The notes under the pieces are model-generated. The model saw nothing but the letters and a program-made list of their open reading frames with translations, was not told where the DNA came from and ran no database searches. A stretch of 64,000 bases of DNA. Origin: Monocercomonoides exilis PA203 (Eukaryota; Protista; Preaxostyla). Location: positions 434,001-498,000 of the forward strand of contig LSRY02000012.1 in assembly GCA_001643675.2 (NCBI GenBank), written 5' to 3'. Positions within the stretch are counted from its first letter, which is position 1; each line of letters begins with the position of its first letter. Both the position numbers and the translations under genes were made by a program. Shown one piece after another: positions 22,701 to 32,474 of this stretch.

Positions 22701-25474
22701 GTGCAGGAATCGCTGAATTGGGAATCGACGCTTCCTTCGAGATGAACGATGGAAACATCAACATGATTACTTCTTCACAAAGTTGCATCCAGTCAAGTTT
22801 CCTGAATCTTCTTTCTTTCCTCAACACAACTTTTGCAAACATCACTTTGAATGCTGGAAGCTTGTTATCTGTCTCTTCTGCATCGAGTGTTGACCCTTCC
22901 GCAATGTACCATTCGTTTGTCTTGACGGATTCGACGTTCTCAAATATCTCTTCGCTCTCTTCCGAGCCATCAGTGCTCTGCTCTCTTTTTGGAGAAGGAG
23001 TTCCTGAATACGAATCCTTTGGAATATACATGTCCACGTGTATGTTTTTAGACTGCACTTCCTCTTTGGTGCATGGATCAATTATTAAGTCTTCCAACTC
23101 CTCCATGTTTCTTCTCTCATCTTCGACATTCACGACAACTCCAACATCTTCCGCAATAGAATCCACATCATCTAACTCTCGCACATGCGCCCATTCCCAC
23201 ACCCACACTCACAATCACAGTCATCTCACTCCACGCTACACAAGCAATGCAGATGCTTCTGAGTATGATGATGAAGTATGCACTTGGAATGAATCTGCAC
23301 TCTACTTCATCAGCTCCAATATTCAGATCATCGAAGACTCGATGATGAATCTGGGGCAAGGCGCCATCTGCTCAGAAGGAGGCATTCTCTCGCTTGTCGA
23401 TGCACACTTTGCAAACAACACAAAGGCTCTGCACAAGTGCCCCTCTGCACAGCGGAACATTCTATGTCGCAATGATGGAACAGTTTATTATTTCAGCCAG
23501 ATGAACGAGTCAGAAGCCAACGCAAATGAGTCACTGTGGCTGCTGAATGAAGGATGCACCCTTTACGGTGAAGTATTCGAGAGGGCGTCTTCCTTCTTTA
23601 TTCCACGCATTGACTCTGTGGCCATCACTCCGCAGCCAGGCAGATACGACCTCCTGTTTTCTGGAGATTCCATCGCTCCGTGTGACATCTCGTTTGAGGT
23701 GCACCATACTTTCTCTAATGAAACACGCATATTCTCATTCCCATTCACATCCATCGAGAATGACGCTGCTGCAGGTTCAATTCCTCGCTATCTCATTGAC
23801 GACACTGAAGACAGCGACGAGGTCTCTGCATACATTGTATTCTGGAGCACTAATCGTCCTCCAGTCACAGGTAGACAAAGACACAGAAACGATGACGGAG
23901 ACATATTTGAACCGCCTTCAGACGACGAGAATCTACGAGTCCAGAAGCTGTCCAATTCATTCCTGCTTAAGCAAAGAGTAAACACTTCATTCCCCAGCAT
24001 TACGGAGTGCTTGCTCCCGTATACTGAGGAGATGAAGCAAAAGGGGCTCTACATCGATTTCATGACAGGGGCTGATCTTCCGTGTTGCGGCAGCGCTTCT
24101 TCCAAATGCAAAACGATCCAGAAAGTGTGGAGTTTGGCTCAGCAATCGTCATTTGTCTTACATAAGATGACCATCGATGTCGAAGCATCAGTCGATCAGG
24201 AGATTAAACTGAGCCCGCATGGTATGTTTACAGTTGACGGTGATCCCAACAAGCAGAACGTAAGAGGAACTCTTGTGTTCAAACCATCTGGGCTGCTTGT
24301 GTGCAATTCTAAGGATCCTGAAGAGGATGAAGAAGAACCTCAAGTTCATTCTACTGCGAGAGCTGACGAAACGAAATGTCAATGCGAAAAAACACGGTGG
24401 AACTCTCTGAAGAATGGAGTAATGCTTACGTCTGTTCTTTTGTTGTATCCTGGAATTTTCAAGCACAACACGCTAATTCTTCTTCAGGAGGGAGTGTGTT
24501 CACTGCACAATTGCGCTGTTGCATTTCCTCCGACGGTCACTTCAGCGAGTGACTGGGAAGTGCAAGCTTCTGTTCTCCTCTGCTCACCATCTGATGATTG
24601 CAGGGCCGAGATTGATTCATTTGATGGCACACATGCCATGGATGATGGCGTGCAGATGCCTTCTTTAACTTCACTTTTTGTTGTGGAAGACACAACAACA
24701 GCAACAACTTCCTCTTCGTCTTCTTCTTCATCTTCGCGTCACAACGTTTATTTTAGCATTTCTTCGTCTTCATTCAGGGGCTTCCATTCCTCCAGTTCTG
24801 GAAGTATTTTTAGTGCATATAATTCGGACATTACGAATTCTCCTTCTTTATTTGAGCTGTTCGTGAATATCTCTTCCTGCTCTTTTACTTCATGCTCTTC
24901 TGAACGATCTGGCGGTGCTGTGTGCGCGAGCTGCTTTGTTCATCTTTGTATGATTAGTCGTAGCCAGTTCGTTAACTGTGCAGCTGGGGTTGATTGCAAT
25001 GGCACAGCCATTCAAGACACAGAGTTGCAGGACAAGATTTGCGGCGGGGCACTCATGCTTCATTTAAAGTATCTCTTGCACTGGAGCAGGCATTTATCCC
25101 AGCAACGCTGTGTTCCTTTTCAGTCTGTGGATATTGACGGATGCATCTTTGATGGGTGTGCTTCTCCTTCAAGAGGTCGATGCGCACTTCTCTTTTTGGA
25201 TAGAGAATTTAGACATATAATCTTACACTCCATTATTTTTTCAAATGATCCAACCAGTACGGCATCTTCACAAAATCTTCGCTCAAATGATAAAATTCAA
25301 TTCACTTCAAATGGGAATATTGAACAGAAAAACGATGAACCTATTCCAGCAACAGAAAAGGCACCAATTAATATTGTATGGAACAACATTGAGCCAGCTG
25401 TCGAGGATATTGGCATTCAAGACCAAACTAGTATTCATGTTGATTATGAAATGACTTTTGATTATATAAAATAA
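16787..25474 (+). CDS. Giant intronless secreted/surface protein (~2900 aa) with Cys-rich, pectin-lyase/Pmp-like beta-helix repeats (oxymonad-type expanded family)
   Basis: Single 8.7-kb ORF. The likely start is ATG 16787, giving a signal-peptide-like MWIFKGFKLKPLLSLIFLIFRCFC. Repeated units G.D...CG....PC.T...A (5 copies), GRGG..Y/F, N.A..GRD.F/Y and FYG.D. No C-terminal TM helix seen. Confidence 0.85.
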   Translation: MWIFKGFKLKPLLSLIFLIFRCFCMHSFYRTRNDFSQIITTHSFDEQNENKYLSHLFNFSYINADSFILYRRHSIISFESHKNSFFEIRNSSVMISKIWFHLSDVTSISLLDTSSSSSYVDCHFLFEKEYLSPLFSSTGSIALNNISFDFSIHSQHNLAPLAYSPTAQGTVSLSNTNLDSFQLALKPLCSFLCESENYAEFVSSSFFSNITVKEKQLDGKHQIVKCYERLTRLDNCAFSNMENPTHRGIVRGITKTFPGHSFHMKNCTVSSCFRVATQEEYAANQTDRIFTTSGIFIDDTIFVFCSIVSPDYQTNPTEFCGGGLCIRGQPQLGNSTLPYLLMSSSQFANCTCSVDGGGLYSRNLGTVFCSNVEYHNCTAVNGKGGGFCVGDVLSGPSFCDHWFISCKSGTEGSGVAIDTFSLGECFCTTDSWSTTDRLEYVSEINQTNISNKLRSSFDAKDYSALNSSENSSAGPLTKNKSTLFRNASSIPEINIFHNFYFVMCSTTLQGVGAMSISYNSKMQVPLTGTLFYECYFSDCSQYNGQYDIIINDDLFCSPISTPFRYSFSSSPMPLVFFPRTNTTKQNWISSGLTLSRRIVSLDATIIDFSLTCGAAYFNPCLLLSMANDYASSTSTCTFLIRGNEPIDLDFVLDTLSRNVMIDGDTINSTKLHVTTSPNLGQFKVETGTLVVTKTTLVIDGYDPQSTLSSALLQCVSVGEYYGSVLISSAKIEHKLFNSAFKSRYLVYATRGIFSFANVEIKDFSLGEFPLFLAIRSPLDDTTSAFVQIEVHNSNITNCTGSTTNSAMLVELGFDDDYMIHPLLTKLTIRDCKLENLSSLSSVQGGSIWHCCQTDSNLNVNNTLISSCQSSFSQPPSATEGRGGFAYITCKISLPLFQFQKITFTNNLATYGRDIFINCIDIASTIKRQLFDINFDRQVFNITNAFYGEDLTHLMPIDLLDYITYRDTIVVVDGRDESQGGTGDDWFNCGSSLYPCRTLATTLKRVSNENETSLFVVELASIEKEVIIKRLILASLGFSSIATCEINSPIDGMEESVISTEQMLFVAFIKFNCPANLDLNNRHSLLFTTSTADIFFSNVIFAPKSDSIRSLSYSLIKGLNGKIEFFSVKAEFPALTSFASSLFQAPSLQLTSFVPITCYLSNFTNISVDSGSIFRVIESSSIDVHSVVVVNQSRFSNIKSSSSSASLLDTLGDASSSSAKVNLHVNDSSFKECSATSSEEGGVFCASFLLQEDFIVLNKTTFDLCSCETATKGRGGVLFLHCVNNDANFLVNNTFFTANNAKYGRNMFISCPSLEDAIKKEKFLVSFEQDVFDPDNTFFGNDTTGNYDDPTDVLYFIRYISFSVYIDGRSESEGGIGRDWFLCGNETSPCKTIIYASYHLESSETRPSLLVQQKTFLGTIKDFSNITLKGMNGIVEIFVNQFISGTGESIISSAGFMLFSSLSFNVPQSFTSSSSSPLAITSLVQSQGIQLIIDTCTFTSQAGPTAAVNYALIQVLAGMLNVSNMTVDSMSVSSSVFLLGVDDLSTQKIRNCTFSSLSFQNGAFISILPTSFTSLSLSNSDRSGASYLPSYISSDATQTILLDSNQFRDISHKANSPCLISFSSPNIASIEFQSGTVENCTSDKSLEGGCFFVNIPIDSSNTLFVNQTVFSYGKANTTAGKGGMFFIDGKVPGMPTDEIPIHFNLLRFKFVCTSFLLNEAFIGRDVYVRGYYSQKELHSSNVEIDFTNPSFNETNAFYGEDAIHPSIDLLDFFNVALLPVVVVSPSGADSRICGDVNAPCLTFSMALRHILTEDTISSEPSLLVNSTTALDIEVEIRAITLASFSDARAVIDMNQTWSKVFASSAGILATSDDVEIKLISFQFGQSFSTDHNSLIYQHNSTLTISSTSFVVPSGSNGYNAVPQQSCHLITIANGECTLDDCNVAGLNTTTYLISSLKGTSIITNLLAISDIQCAGIAELGIDASFEMNDGNINMITSSQSCIQSSFLNLLSFLNTTFANITLNAGSLLSVSSASSVDPSAMYHSFVLTDSTFSNISSLSSEPSVLCSLFGEGVPEYESFGIYMSTCMFLDCTSSLVHGSIIKSSNSSMFLLSSSTFTTTPTSSAIESTSSNSRTCAHSHTHTHNHSHLTPRYTSNADASEYDDEVCTWNESALYFISSNIQIIEDSMMNLGQGAICSEGGILSLVDAHFANNTKALHKCPSAQRNILCRNDGTVYYFSQMNESEANANESLWLLNEGCTLYGEVFERASSFFIPRIDSVAITPQPGRYDLLFSGDSIAPCDISFEVHHTFSNETRIFSFPFTSIENDAAAGSIPRYLIDDTEDSDEVSAYIVFWSTNRPPVTGRQRHRNDDGDIFEPPSDDENLRVQKLSNSFLLKQRVNTSFPSITECLLPYTEEMKQKGLYIDFMTGADLPCCGSASSKCKTIQKVWSLAQQSSFVLHKMTIDVEASVDQEIKLSPHGMFTVDGDPNKQNVRGTLVFKPSGLLVCNSKDPEEDEEEPQVHSTARADETKCQCEKTRWNSLKNGVMLTSVLLLYPGIFKHNTLILLQEGVCSLHNCAVAFPPTVTSASDWEVQASVLLCSPSDDCRAEIDSFDGTHAMDDGVQMPSLTSLFVVEDTTTATTSSSSSSSSSRHNVYFSISSSSFRGFHSSSSGSIFSAYNSDITNSPSLFELFVNISSCSFTSCSSERSGGAVCASCFVHLCMISRSQFVNCAAGVDCNGTAIQDTELQDKICGGALMLHLKYLLHWSRHLSQQRCVPFQSVDIDGCIFDGCASPSRGRCALLFLDREFRHIILHSIIFSNDPTSTASSQNLRSNDKIQFTSNGNIEQKNDEPIPATEKAPINIVWNNIEPAVEDIGIQDQTSIHVDYEMTFDYIK

Positions 25475-25791
25475 TGTTATGTTTGATTTTTTTCCTTTGA
25501 TTTGAATTAGATTTAACCTGAATATATGTAATTATTTTTTTTTCCTTTCCTTTTCTTTCTTTTATTTTTGAAAAAGACGATAATATTTATTATAAAGATT
25601 CCGCAAACATTCCACATCTTCGAAACAATGTGTAAAACAATTAAAAATAAAATCTTTAAAAAATAAAATTACACTAATACAAACAAAGATTGTGGACAAA
25701 TAAAAATTGCTAAAACAAAACATAAATTAATAAAAATTAAAATTCACAAAAGAAATGCTTTATTTAGCATGTAAATATAAAAGTAAAAAAC

Positions 25792-26313
25792 TTAAGGAGG
25801 GCAATCGAATGAAGAAAGACTATCAGGATACGCAGGAAGAACTTTTTCTTCGAAACCCGAACTGGCTGTAGAAGGTGCTACTGAAGATTTTGCATTAAAT
25901 ACAGTTGGTGGCTCCGCAGAATATGACTGAATTGGACATCCTTGCGAAGGAGCAGAATATTGCATTGACGGCTGATATGCATATTGTGTAGATGGTTGAG
26001 AAGGATATACTTGGGGGGTGCAGGGATATGCAACTTGAGGAGGACAAAATCCAGGCGAAGGAGGAATACAGTGATAGGAAGAAGGAATAGGAGGGCGAAT
26101 CTGAGGTTGAGCAAAAATTGGCGGAGCAAATGTCCTTGAAATTGGGTTTGACATTGTGAACATCATTCTTTCCATGCGAGTAATTGTCCTTCGTGGTTCA
26201 TCAAAAATGTCGTGGCGGTGATGATGGAAAAAAGGCGGCGGATGTTGCCTTGGCGGACTATGATAACGTGGCCCACTTTCAAATAATATATCAAATCCAG
26301 GACCAGAAAACAT
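25792..26313 (-). CDS. Pro/Tyr/Gln-rich hypothetical protein (173 aa)
   Basis: ATG-to-TAA ORF that is GC-richer than its AT-rich flanks; low-complexity composition and no recognisable domain. Confidence 0.65.
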   Translation of the reverse strand: MFSGPGFDILFESGPRYHSPPRQHPPPFFHHHRHDIFDEPRRTITRMERMMFTMSNPISRTFAPPIFAQPQIRPPIPSSYHCIPPSPGFCPPQVAYPCTPQVYPSQPSTQYAYQPSMQYSAPSQGCPIQSYSAEPPTVFNAKSSVAPSTASSGFEEKVLPAYPDSLSSFDCPP

Positions 26314-26560
26314 TTATATAATCAGAAATACGGATAAATATAAAAACAGAGTTTAATATGGGAAGATTGAAAAAATCGTATAACCATACCAAAATAGTTT
26401 TGATCAAATGTTTAAAACAAAGACTTAAATTTTCAGTATATCCTTTGGATAATAAAATAATGCTTGTAAACAATGAAAATTTTGTAAAAGAGAAATGAGT
26501 ATTAATGCCTTTTTTTATTTGTGAGATGAAAGAATATTTCAAAAGAAAACAGAAAAATTT

Positions 26561-27312
26561 TTAGATCATATCATCCATTGGCAAAGGAAGTGCAGCTGCT
26601 TCCGCAACCTCTTGTTGGATTTGAAGTGCAAGAGTTGGATCCATTTGGATTTCTGGTGGCATTAACGCCATTTGTTCCACCAAGGAAACTGATGGATCTC
26701 CGAGAAGTTTTGACAAAAGCATCAAATATGGCTTTTCGATGTTGTAGTTCGATTTTGCTGAAATTTCAACATATTGCAAGTTCTTCTTGCGATGGAAAGA
26801 TACTTGTTTTGTTTTAACTTGTCTGTCTTTCACATCAACTTTGTTTGCAACGAGAACGATGGGAATGTTTTCACAAACACGAGTAAGATCTCTGTACCAT
26901 TTCTCAACGTTGTTGTATGTTGCACGTGAAGTCACATCGAACATAAGAATTGCGCAATGTGCTTGAATGTAATATCCATCTCTCAATCCACCAAACACTT
27001 CCTGTCCAGCTGTATCCCAGTTGCAGAAAGTGATCGGTCCGTGGTTTGTGTGAAGAGTGAGGTTTGTCACATCAACACCAACTGAATTAAAAATTTCAAA
27101 ATTCACATAGGACACCATATAAATAACCAAGTTCACAAACTTGTGGCAATATATCTCTTTTCGAATTCTCCAGTTCTGTGACGTGTCACAAATGTTGTTT
27201 TTCCAGTTCCACCATCACCAACAAGAACAAGTTTAAAAGTTGGAACTGATGGGGCTGCAACCGGTGCAGAAGTCATTGCGGGAGCAGGAGCAGGAGCGCC
27301 AAAAATTGACAT
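26561..27312 (-). CDS. RAN: Ran GTPase (2 exons; intron 27082-27140)
   Basis: [17 protein letters not shown]...[16 protein letters not shown]...[17 protein letters not shown]...[16 protein letters not shown]...[14 protein letters not shown]. The 59-nt GT-AG intron keeps the frame. Confidence 0.97.
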
Positions 27313-27401
27313 TCGATCTTCAGATATACGACAAAAGGGTTAAAATACCAGTTGAGGAAATATAGATCGTTGAAGACCCAGTATAAATTATGAAATTGTG
27401 A
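27313..27401. promoter_or_regulatory. Putative compact bidirectional promoter between Ran and the YbaK-domain gene
   Basis: Only 89 bp separate two divergent start codons (27312 minus, 27402 plus). A tataaa lies at 27382-27387. Confidence 0.45.
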
Positions 27402-28378
27402 ATGGAATTGGAAAAAATAGAAGAAAAACTCAAACGTATGATTAAGAACTAAATTACTGTCACTGTGATGAATAGCTAACGAATGATAAATGCATTTGGC
27501 TGTATTGCAACGTTAGGTCTTGAGGAACGCATTCACAAATTTGATCATTATCCAATTATTTCTCCAAGTGAAGTTCGATGCAGAAATGGTTGCAAATCAT
27601 TACAGATGAGATCTGCAGTATTTAAGCATGTAGATTTGCTATATCGCACGCAGACTCTTTCTCAAAGAAGGTTGAAATTGTATTTTTATGTAATTGAAAT
27701 CAATATAATACGAAAATATCTTCAGAATACAATTGGATGCTCCATCAAAATACCATTTGTGCAAGAGCATTCTTATGAAGAATTCTAAGTGTTCAAGATC
27801 AGATTGTAAAGATCCAAATAATTCGAAATACTATTTGGTTATGCTTCAATATATGGCAAAATTGGATTGCCAAAAACTGTACCATGTAGTGAGAGATTTT
27901 ACTGGTGGATTAAAAAAGTATTATAATTTCCACGTCGCTCCAGGAATAGTATGATTGGAATTTAAAAAAGAAATTTTTTGTAAATTTTTTTTTTAATTTC
28001 TAAAGGAATCTGAACAACTGACGGGATTTCTTCATAACGGAGTATCGCCATTTGGAACGCTCACATCCATTCCTGTAATTATTGATAAAGGAATTGCTTC
28101 TCTAAAACCAGCATTTTTTTATTTTGGTGGAGGTGATATTGATACGAAACTTGGTTGCTCGGTTTGGCTTTTATAATTTTCATAAGCTTTCTTTGAATGA
28201 TCTTTATTTGATTTGCTTGATGAAGGTCGAAGAATTTCTCCAAAAAACCGGTGCTCGAGTTGCAGATGTAGCTAATCCACGTGATGGAGACTACGAAGGA
28301 AAAGATACGAAATTGGATGATGACGAAGATGATGACGAAGATGATGTTTGCGAAAAAGAGTCAATTGAAGAAAAGTAG
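27402..28378 (+). CDS. YbaK/aminoacyl-tRNA-editing-associated domain protein (eukaryotic type), ~5 exons
   Basis: Spliced: MELEKIEEKLK/RLEERIH...QRR/IQLDAPSKYHLCKSILMKN...DCKDPNNSKYYLVMLQY...NFHVAP/ESEQLTGFLHNGVSPFGTLTSIPVIIDKGIASLKPAFFYFGGGDIDTKLG/VEEFL, then an acidic tail. LCKS, TG..NGV.P.G and GGG..D.KLG are YbaK-fold motifs. Confidence 0.85.
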
Positions 28379-28709
28379 TCAAGCAATTTATTTATTGTCT
28401 TTTCGTTGAAGCACTTTTGATGTTTGTTTTTGCAATAATTCAAAAATGTGTTTTCTTTTTGAATAAAAAAAGATAAATATTCAATTTTTTAACAGAGCAA
28501 ATTCTTTTAATTATGTTTTAAGGTTTTGGCTTTATTTTAGCCAAAAGAAACAAATAAAACAACCATAAATTAAAAATAAAAGTCGAAAAAAAGGAAAAAT
28601 GAAAACACTTTTCCTTTATAAAAGAATAACACCAAAATATTAAAGAAGTGAAAGCATCGTCTCTTTAAAGAAGTCCGACGCGAAGCAAAAGACGAATATC
28701 GTGCTCACC

Positions 28710-30792
28710 CTACTCGTGATAATAGGGGAACACTTCGAAATCATTGTACAGTACTCTACCTTCGAAATCATAGTGAAGCGGGCGGTAGCAATGTTCACAG
28801 AAAAAGAATGGATCTTCAGTTGCCATTCTGTCCCGATATGTGACATAACTAGAATTAAAGAATATGAAGGACAACCATATGAAATAAAATAATATAAAGT
28901 TAGTTCATAAATTTCTTTTTAAAATAAAGAAAAAAAAATTACAAACCGAGCAGGGAAGATATCACAGATTTTGCATTTCCTTCTTCTAATCTTTGCTTGG
29001 AAGATATGACGTGGATAAGACGAATATGTTTGGACGTCCATGTGTGTGGCAATTCTAACTTCAGTGAAAACGATATTATGTTCGCAAGAACCCTGATGAA
29101 CGTATAAATATGGATGACCAATCTTAATGGTTAAATCTAAAAAGGTGGTATCTTCCATTCGCTTGGAGCTATACATTCCGACAGAAGGAATGGTGTATCG
29201 TGCTTTGTCGCTGACCCAATCTGTAATGAATTTTGAATAATCCATGTTCTCAGGAAGACGCATATCATTATAAAAAGTATTTTCAATAAGGAAAAATCCA
29301 GATTTTGTTTGCTGCCCATCCATAAGATAATCCGCAAGACAATATAAACGATCTCTAAGTGCGGTAAGCGATTGAGAGCCAAGTACTTGAAATTCTTGCT
29401 GTTTAAGTAATTTTAAGGGATGGTAGAGGGCAACTGTTATGATAACTTCATTTGGATCTATTGTACGTTCTTCTGGAGCATGAGTTGGCTCCTTCATCAT
29501 TGATGCAATGTAGTTGATTTGTTTATGAGATCTTGTTAATTTGATATCTTGTGCTGTTCTGTATTTTTTTTAGAAAAAATAATTAATTTCAAAATGAACA
29601 TAGAAATTGAACAGTCAATCATAAAAATATATCGAAAATATTGAAAATCAAAATAATGAACCAAATATTTAAAAATATCAAACCTGTTTTTGCATAGCCA
29701 GTATGATTTAAGTCTGCATGGTTTGGGGTCAACTTGGCACTCTCGCTTGGCAATCTCAACATCTTCCAGTCCCTCAGCTGATATATATGTTTCATATATT
29801 GAAATGTTTAATAAAGTTTCATTCAAAATCAGATAAATGAAAATTTCGTCAAGATCATTAACAAGCAATGGGTTGAAAGTAAAATTAAAAAACATGGGTT
29901 ACAAAAACAAAAAAATCATACCACTCTCTTGTTTGATGCCCATTTCTGCCTCCTTGCGGATAATTTTGTCTATAGCTTCATCTATGACCTCTTTTTGTGG
30001 CTTCTGCTTGATATCGGAGCAGCTGTGATGAAAAAAGTTTTTGAATTTCGAATATGATATAATGAAGGTTAATCATCAAAAGAATATAACGATTTCATAA
30101 GTGACGATAAAATATCAAACTCCAAATCCACTTGGTCACGCGACCATCCTTCTGGAATGAAGTCCTCTTCAAATTTTGTAATTTTTCCGCAAACTGTTGA
30201 TTGAAAGTGTCTTAATGATATTAGCCGTTGTCCAAAAGCTGCCATATATTGCAGTTATAGTGGTAAAAATAACACAAAAAATTTGTGTGCTAAGAACCAA
30301 CACAGAAAAAAATTGAACTGGCAAAGTGGGAATATCATGGGTTGATCGCGCATGATCGTACACTCTGTCAACAGTGAATTTTGTAACATTAAAATGTAAA
30401 ATTACATCATCATTGGTTCTATACTCAAAAAAGTGAACAACGAAACAAAACTTTTTGATAACTTTTCGTGTTCGATGAAATATCTTATCAAAAAGAGTTG
30501 CGAACTTTGAAAGTTATTTCAATAAATTTAATGATACTATTTCATCAAAACTACAGAGTAGTTTTATCATTTTTATAATTGTATTCAAACATGCACTTTA
30601 ATATACATATAGACTAACTATTTGCAGAAATCATCATCTTTTTTACTCTTCTTGACAAAGCACTTTCATAAGCATTTGTCTTCAGTGATATTTAAAAAAT
30701 CAAGATGACATTTCACCTAAACATTAACCATTGCACGTTATTTCTCCGATTTCCAGAACTACTGACGAAATCCTCATTTTTGGACATTTCAT
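28710..30792 (-). CDS. SNAPC3: snRNA-activating protein complex subunit 3 (SNAP50), multi-exon; 5' exons uncertain
   Basis: QEFQVLGSQSLTALRDRLYC...SGFFLIENTFYNDMR...DYS...MEDTTFLDL...GHPYLYVHQGSCEH...CKIC...[intron]...DPFFFCEHCYRPLHYD...FEVFPYYHE* is the zf-SNAP50_C signature. Stop TAG at 28710-28712; the start coordinate is a guess. Confidence 0.88.
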
Positions 30793-30829
30793 TGCTCTTT
30801 GCTATTAAATTAAACTTATGTTGATTTTT

Positions 30830-31800
30830 GAGAGCATCAAGCGAAATACATGAAGTAATCCTGTCATTTAGCGAAGAATATGCCCTTCAGCTACATTCAA
30901 TTGCATCATCTAATTGCACAGATAGAGAAAGAAAAACAACAAATCAATATTAAAGATTATATATGAAGAAATTACCACATCTTCAAAAGCGCTGTTCAAC
31001 ATATCGATTCCAACAACACTTTACATGGAATTGGAATAAAGCTGTTTATAAAAGCGAGGAAAATAAGACCATCGCAGATTGAAGTGATAGAGGAAAATGG
31101 ACTGTCTGTGAATCTGCCTCTACATCACTCTTTAAACAAGAAATGGTTGCACCAAGATCAGTTCAGTTCCAACTGGAAGATTTAAAGAGCTTCAGAAGTG
31201 TACGAAACTGAGGAGAGCATATATCTTGGGGGCTTGAAACTTCAATCAACAGTTTTACAAAAAAATCGCAAATCGAGACACGCATTCAGAAACTATGAAA
31301 GCAAAGCTAGTTGCTTCTTGGATTCGGATCTAAAGAACAGAATGCAGCATTGTCATACAGAGATGAAGAGGAGCAAAACTTCAAAGAGGTTTGCTTTGAT
31401 GCATCGTTGATCGAAGTCAGTGTACCTTGGAAGGAACTAGCCTGCTTTTCAGAACAAAAGCAACACTCTTTTCATTCCAAGCATTTGTTGCTGAAATTAG
31501 TGCGACTTTGTACTATCCTTAACTATAGTCTGTCAGTCTTTATGTTTACCCACATGTTCAATACAACGTGAAGGAGAGAATTATTTAATTGGTTCGAAAC
31601 GAAGGAAATGGAGAAACATCCGTTTATGAATGATTTATCTAATCCGAAACAGAATCGATCAATTCCCTGAACAAAGATATTTGCGATTTCTGTGGCTTAA
31701 CATTGGAGCGTGAGAACTGAAGTTATCTAATTATGAAGTCCTTTGCGTTAAGGTAAGCGGAAAAGCTGCCTTTTGTTCAGATGGGAATTCAGATTAGGAA
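30830..31800 (+). pseudogene. Possible decayed protein-kinase pseudogene
   Basis: Fragments across frames come in kinase order: VCESASTSLF (hinge-like), YLGGLKLQS, IANRDTHSETM (HRD loop-like, ~31265) and LLLGFGS (DFG-like, ~31311). No intact ORF. Confidence 0.3.
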
Positions 31801-32086
31801 AAGTCAGTGCTCAGATAATAATAAAGTTTGAGTCTTATATTTTGTTTTTCAGCAAAGAGGCTCTTTCGCAATGATACGTAATTGGATCGATGCGACTTTG
31901 TATGTAGCAAAGCTAATAATCAAATTAAGTTTGTTGAGCACGTAAAAAATACAAAAGTCGGATTATTTTTTTGATTTTCAGAAAAATCAATTGATTTTTA
32001 TACGATTGTATTGCCTTATTTTTTGAAATAACCAGAATTTTCGTTTTGCATCTCAAATAAAGAAATAATCAACTGTGTTTTTGCTT

Positions 32087-32087
<1 letters not shown>

Positions 32088-32152
<65 letters not shown>
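32088..32152. repeat. 65-nt poly(T) homopolymer (poly(A) on the minus strand)
   Basis: Counted directly from the sequence. Confidence 0.95.
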
Positions 32153-32156
<4 letters not shown>

Positions 32157-32474
32157 CATTTTTTTATCCAGGAGTGTTTCAACAAAAAAGACTTCAAATA
32201 ACAGTTTTTTAACGCCTTGCCTTATTCAAACAGAATAAACAAGAAAAAAGAAATGTAAATAATACAGACAAGTGGAATAATAAAGCTATAACGATTTCGC
32301 GTAACAAATACCTGCGAATCACCTTCAAACAAAAACAACAAAAAAAGATAGGAAAAAAAAAAAACATAAAAACAGATAAAAATAAATACATAAAAAGACG
32401 CACAAAAACAAAATAAATGTGAAAGCGAAATAAAATAATGAAATTTTTCTTTCTTTTCTTTCTAAAAATAAGAT

